A stretch of DNA of 64,000 nt. It comes from Scyliorhinus canicula (taxonomy: Eukaryota). The notes beneath the pieces are model-generated. The model saw only the letters and a program-made list of their open reading frames with translations. It was not told where the DNA came from and did not search any database. The DNA lies in NCBI RefSeq assembly GCF_902713615.1, contig NW_024055909.1, forward strand, positions 1 through 64,000. The letters run 5' to 3'. Within the stretch, counting starts at the first letter, position 1, and the number at the start of each line of letters is the position of its first letter. A program made the translations under genes and the position numbers. Shown piece after piece: positions 61,300-64,000 of the stretch.

Positions 61300-62079
61300 G
61301 GTTTTTGTACGAGCTCTTGTCTTTTATTTGACGCGCTGCCTCTCTGCACAGTAATCGGCCGCTCCGTCCTCCACACTGAGGTTGCTTATATTGAGGTAAC
61401 CAGACTCTGTAGACTCCTGGCAGCTGCCAGATATAGCCCAGAGATTTTATCTTTTTTCAGTTTTACCGCATTGCTAATTATCCATTTTGGATGCTGTGTC
61501 TGTTTTTGTAGATACCATTGCATGGTTTATATAAACTGGTCTGTAGATTCACAATCGAATTGCTCCGATCCTCCTTCTAACAAAGTTAAGGACACCGGAG
61601 ATTGAGTTACGGGAACTACACACAATTCGCCTGTGAAAGTGAATGGACATAAGAGCATCCTCTTAAAGAGGATCGATCGAGAGTTATGTCTATCTGCATG
61701 TGTGTGTTAATTCCCATTTACCAATACTCCCATAATATATATAGATAAGTAGATAAAGTCCCAGATTGTCATAGGTTACTTTCCCCTTTGAGGGGGAGAT
61801 CTGAATGGTAGTGATTTAACCTGAGCATTCCCACACTTCCGTCAAAGGACAGTTGATAAGGCAGGTTCTTCATTCGCAACCTCAGCCGGTGTGGAATTGA
61901 ACCGCACTTGCATCACAAATGAACTTTCCAGCCAATTGAACTAAACCAGCCGATAATGTCGATCTTCTGGTCAACTATAAAATCCAAGCAAAAACTGTTG
62001 CGTCACTCTGCTTAATTATCCTGGTGATCTTAACCCTGGATTTACGATGCATCAGCGTTGTCAGTATTATCAGAAACAT
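61300..62079 (-). pseudogene. V4/V5-family pseudogene
   Basis: Leader 62079-62046 (MFLIILTTLMH) GTAAAT; V exon from 61630 with TAA in CDR1 and an FR3 frameshift; heptamer CAGCGCG 61338-61332, 23 bp, ACAAAAACC 61308-61300. Confidence 0.9.
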
Positions 62080-63273
62080 GTCTGACTGAATCTCTCTCAG
62101 CGAACGGGAATGTAATGAGTCAGGGATTGAGGAGGAGGAAGGGAACCCGGCCTCTTTATAGCTCATTGTTCCACCCACACACTGAAGGAGGCCAGATCCA
62201 TTGTGACCTCACTCAGGTTACCATCCCTATTGGCGTTGACGTGGCCTCACGGGACTTTAGGGTTAACATGCTTCAGTTTGACTGCCCCTGCTGGCGGATT
62301 CTGTTCCATCCGGACTTGAATGAGGTCATTGGGTGAATTTAGTGTTAATTGATTTAGATTTTATTAGAATTGTCAAATATTGCCTCCTGGAAATCTAAAT
62401 TGGAGCTGATGAGACACAACCTTTATTGATCTTGATGTTTATGCTTCAAAAGATGTTATTCAATATGTGTTCACATGGGTAAGACTGGTATTTCAGAAAA
62501 GAAAATCTAAAGACATGCGTGACGGTGTGGAGAGTATACGCCAGAATTGTACCAGGAATTGGAGTCTTCACAAAGGAGAACGGTGCAGAGAAACTGAGAT
62601 TGTTCTTGTTATATCAAACCAGTAAAAGGAAAGACTTACTTAGGAATCGCTGTGGGAGCAACTGTTTCCACTAAAACGCTAGCCCAAGCATCCCGAATTA
62701 AGAGGAAAAAGACCGAGAGATGTTAGATTCCTTGATTAAAATTAGATGTGTTCAAATCTAGAATTGACTACCTAAAAAGGGTGGCAGGAAAAATATTAAA
62801 TGTAACTTTCACAAGGGAATTACCTAGGAAAGGGGAAATGGCGGGCTACGTGAAAAAATGCGGGCGGGGTGAGGCTGAAAGACGAATTGGATAATTATGT
62901 CATAAGATACAGGATAGGCCGAAAGGGCTCGTGCCATTTTCGGATTTGCTGATATTTGTCTTCCTTCATTCTTCTACCGTCTATTTATTTGCAGCCATTT
63001 GAACAGTGAGCAGGTGCAAGGTGCTCTCCGACGTTTGGAGATTCAAGCGTTGCTAATTCCTCTCCGTCAGCTCTGAGTGCAGCTGCGCACACTGCACTCA
63101 ATATTGAGTCTGCGGCATCCCCGCCCACAGCTTCCGTTTGCTGCTCTGCCCCGATTGTGTTATTGGCTGCTCCGTTCATTGGTTGAATCAGCCGTGCAGG
63201 GGGACGGGGAGCTGTATTTCTGTCTCTGACAGAGGATTTCTCTCCCTCCACAGTTACAGACTCAGGAAGGACC

Positions 63274-63807
63274 ATGAGGTACCGTCTCGCTCCGATCTTC
63301 ATCACTATATCATTTTTCAGTAAGTCCCAGTAACACATCAGTCACCTCCTCATTGCTCTAACCCAGATGTTATTATTGATAAAATAATAGTGATGCTGAT
63401 TATGATGCGTCAACAGATGAATATGAGACTGATACTGTTGTTGTTTTCTTCTATTTTAATATCAGAATGGAGCCACCAAGACACAGTGGAGCAGTCGGCT
63501 GCAAAAATAACGGTTGAAGAGGGAAGTAATATCACACTAACCTGCACTTTGAAAACAAGCGATTCTGATCCGTATGTGTACAGGTACAGTCAGATCGCCG
63601 GGCACCGTCCATATTATCTGCTTCATATTCTGGGCGGGAAACTATTCAGACACAGCGACATCAGTGACCGCTTTTCAGCTACTTTAGATAAAACTGCCAA
63701 GATTACCAATCTAATGATTGGCAACACCCTGATCTCTGACAGTGCGGTATATTTATCCGCCCTGCAGCCCACAGTGATACAGATCTCATTGACGCCTTAC
63801 ACAAACC
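63274..63807 (+). pseudogene. V6-family segment, open frame but Trp41>Arg and Cys104>Ser
   Basis: Leader 63274-63319 (MRYRLAPIFITISFF) GTAAGT; V exon 63466-63769 (WSHQDTVEQ...TLTC...VYRYSQ...SAVYLSALQP); RSS CACAGTG 63770-63776, 22 bp, ACACAAACC 63799-63807. Confidence 0.9.
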
Positions 63808-64000
63808 CCACAGTGAGAATTCCAGTTGGTGCTCAGCAGAGGGCGCTCACACACCAATTATCAGACATTATAATCCAGCCTGCACAGTGAGTGTCACAGT
63901 CAGGGGCCATAGTAAAAAACAACAAACACAACCCCCTACAAGAACAGAGAATAACCACTTCCACAGTCATATCATTCACAGCCTTCCGGATTTACCATTG

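Noticed and set aside
63390-63465. Apparent single-exon leader in ORFs 63390, 23494, 17843 and 41058
   Set aside because: The hydrophobic N-termini are translated polypyrimidine tracts; true leader exons with GT donors exist upstream.

Overview
Vertebrate DNA from a cartilaginous fish. The tRNA-headed SINEs with CR1-type tails, the CR1, L1/Tx1 and Penelope-like repeats and the gene sequences are shark-like; my guess of a catshark is unverified. The window is part of the variable-segment array of the T-cell receptor alpha/delta locus. About 18 TCR V segments or remnants from several families lie in both orientations, typically leader exon, phase-1 intron, V exon and 22/23-bp-spacer RSS. Five look intact (17484, 20668, 23666, 29647, 40943). 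One has only a 1-bp frameshift (12259), one is in frame but lacks Trp41 and Cys104 (63274), and the rest are decayed, TE-split or orphan leaders. The main surprise, mostly absent from the ORF track, is a compact immunoglobulin heavy-chain-type cassette on the minus strand at 52054-53346. It has a leader, an IgW-like VH with 23-RSS, one D with 12/12 RSS and a WGxG JH with 23-RSS and splice donor. No CH exon is recognisable, the leader carries a TGA at codon 3, and a decayed TCR V with an intact RSS lies about 4 kb downstream. This resembles NAR-TCR/TCR-mu architecture but uses a conventional VH. Also present: an apparently intronless V gene, a 5.7-kb 35-bp satellite with higher-order structure, V-associated CTCF motifs, conserved promoter modules, a perfect 26-bp-arm palindrome, a young L1/Tx1 with a 14-bp TSD and a solo LTR. 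Coordinates were read by eye; repeat boundaries are approximate and no database searches were run.
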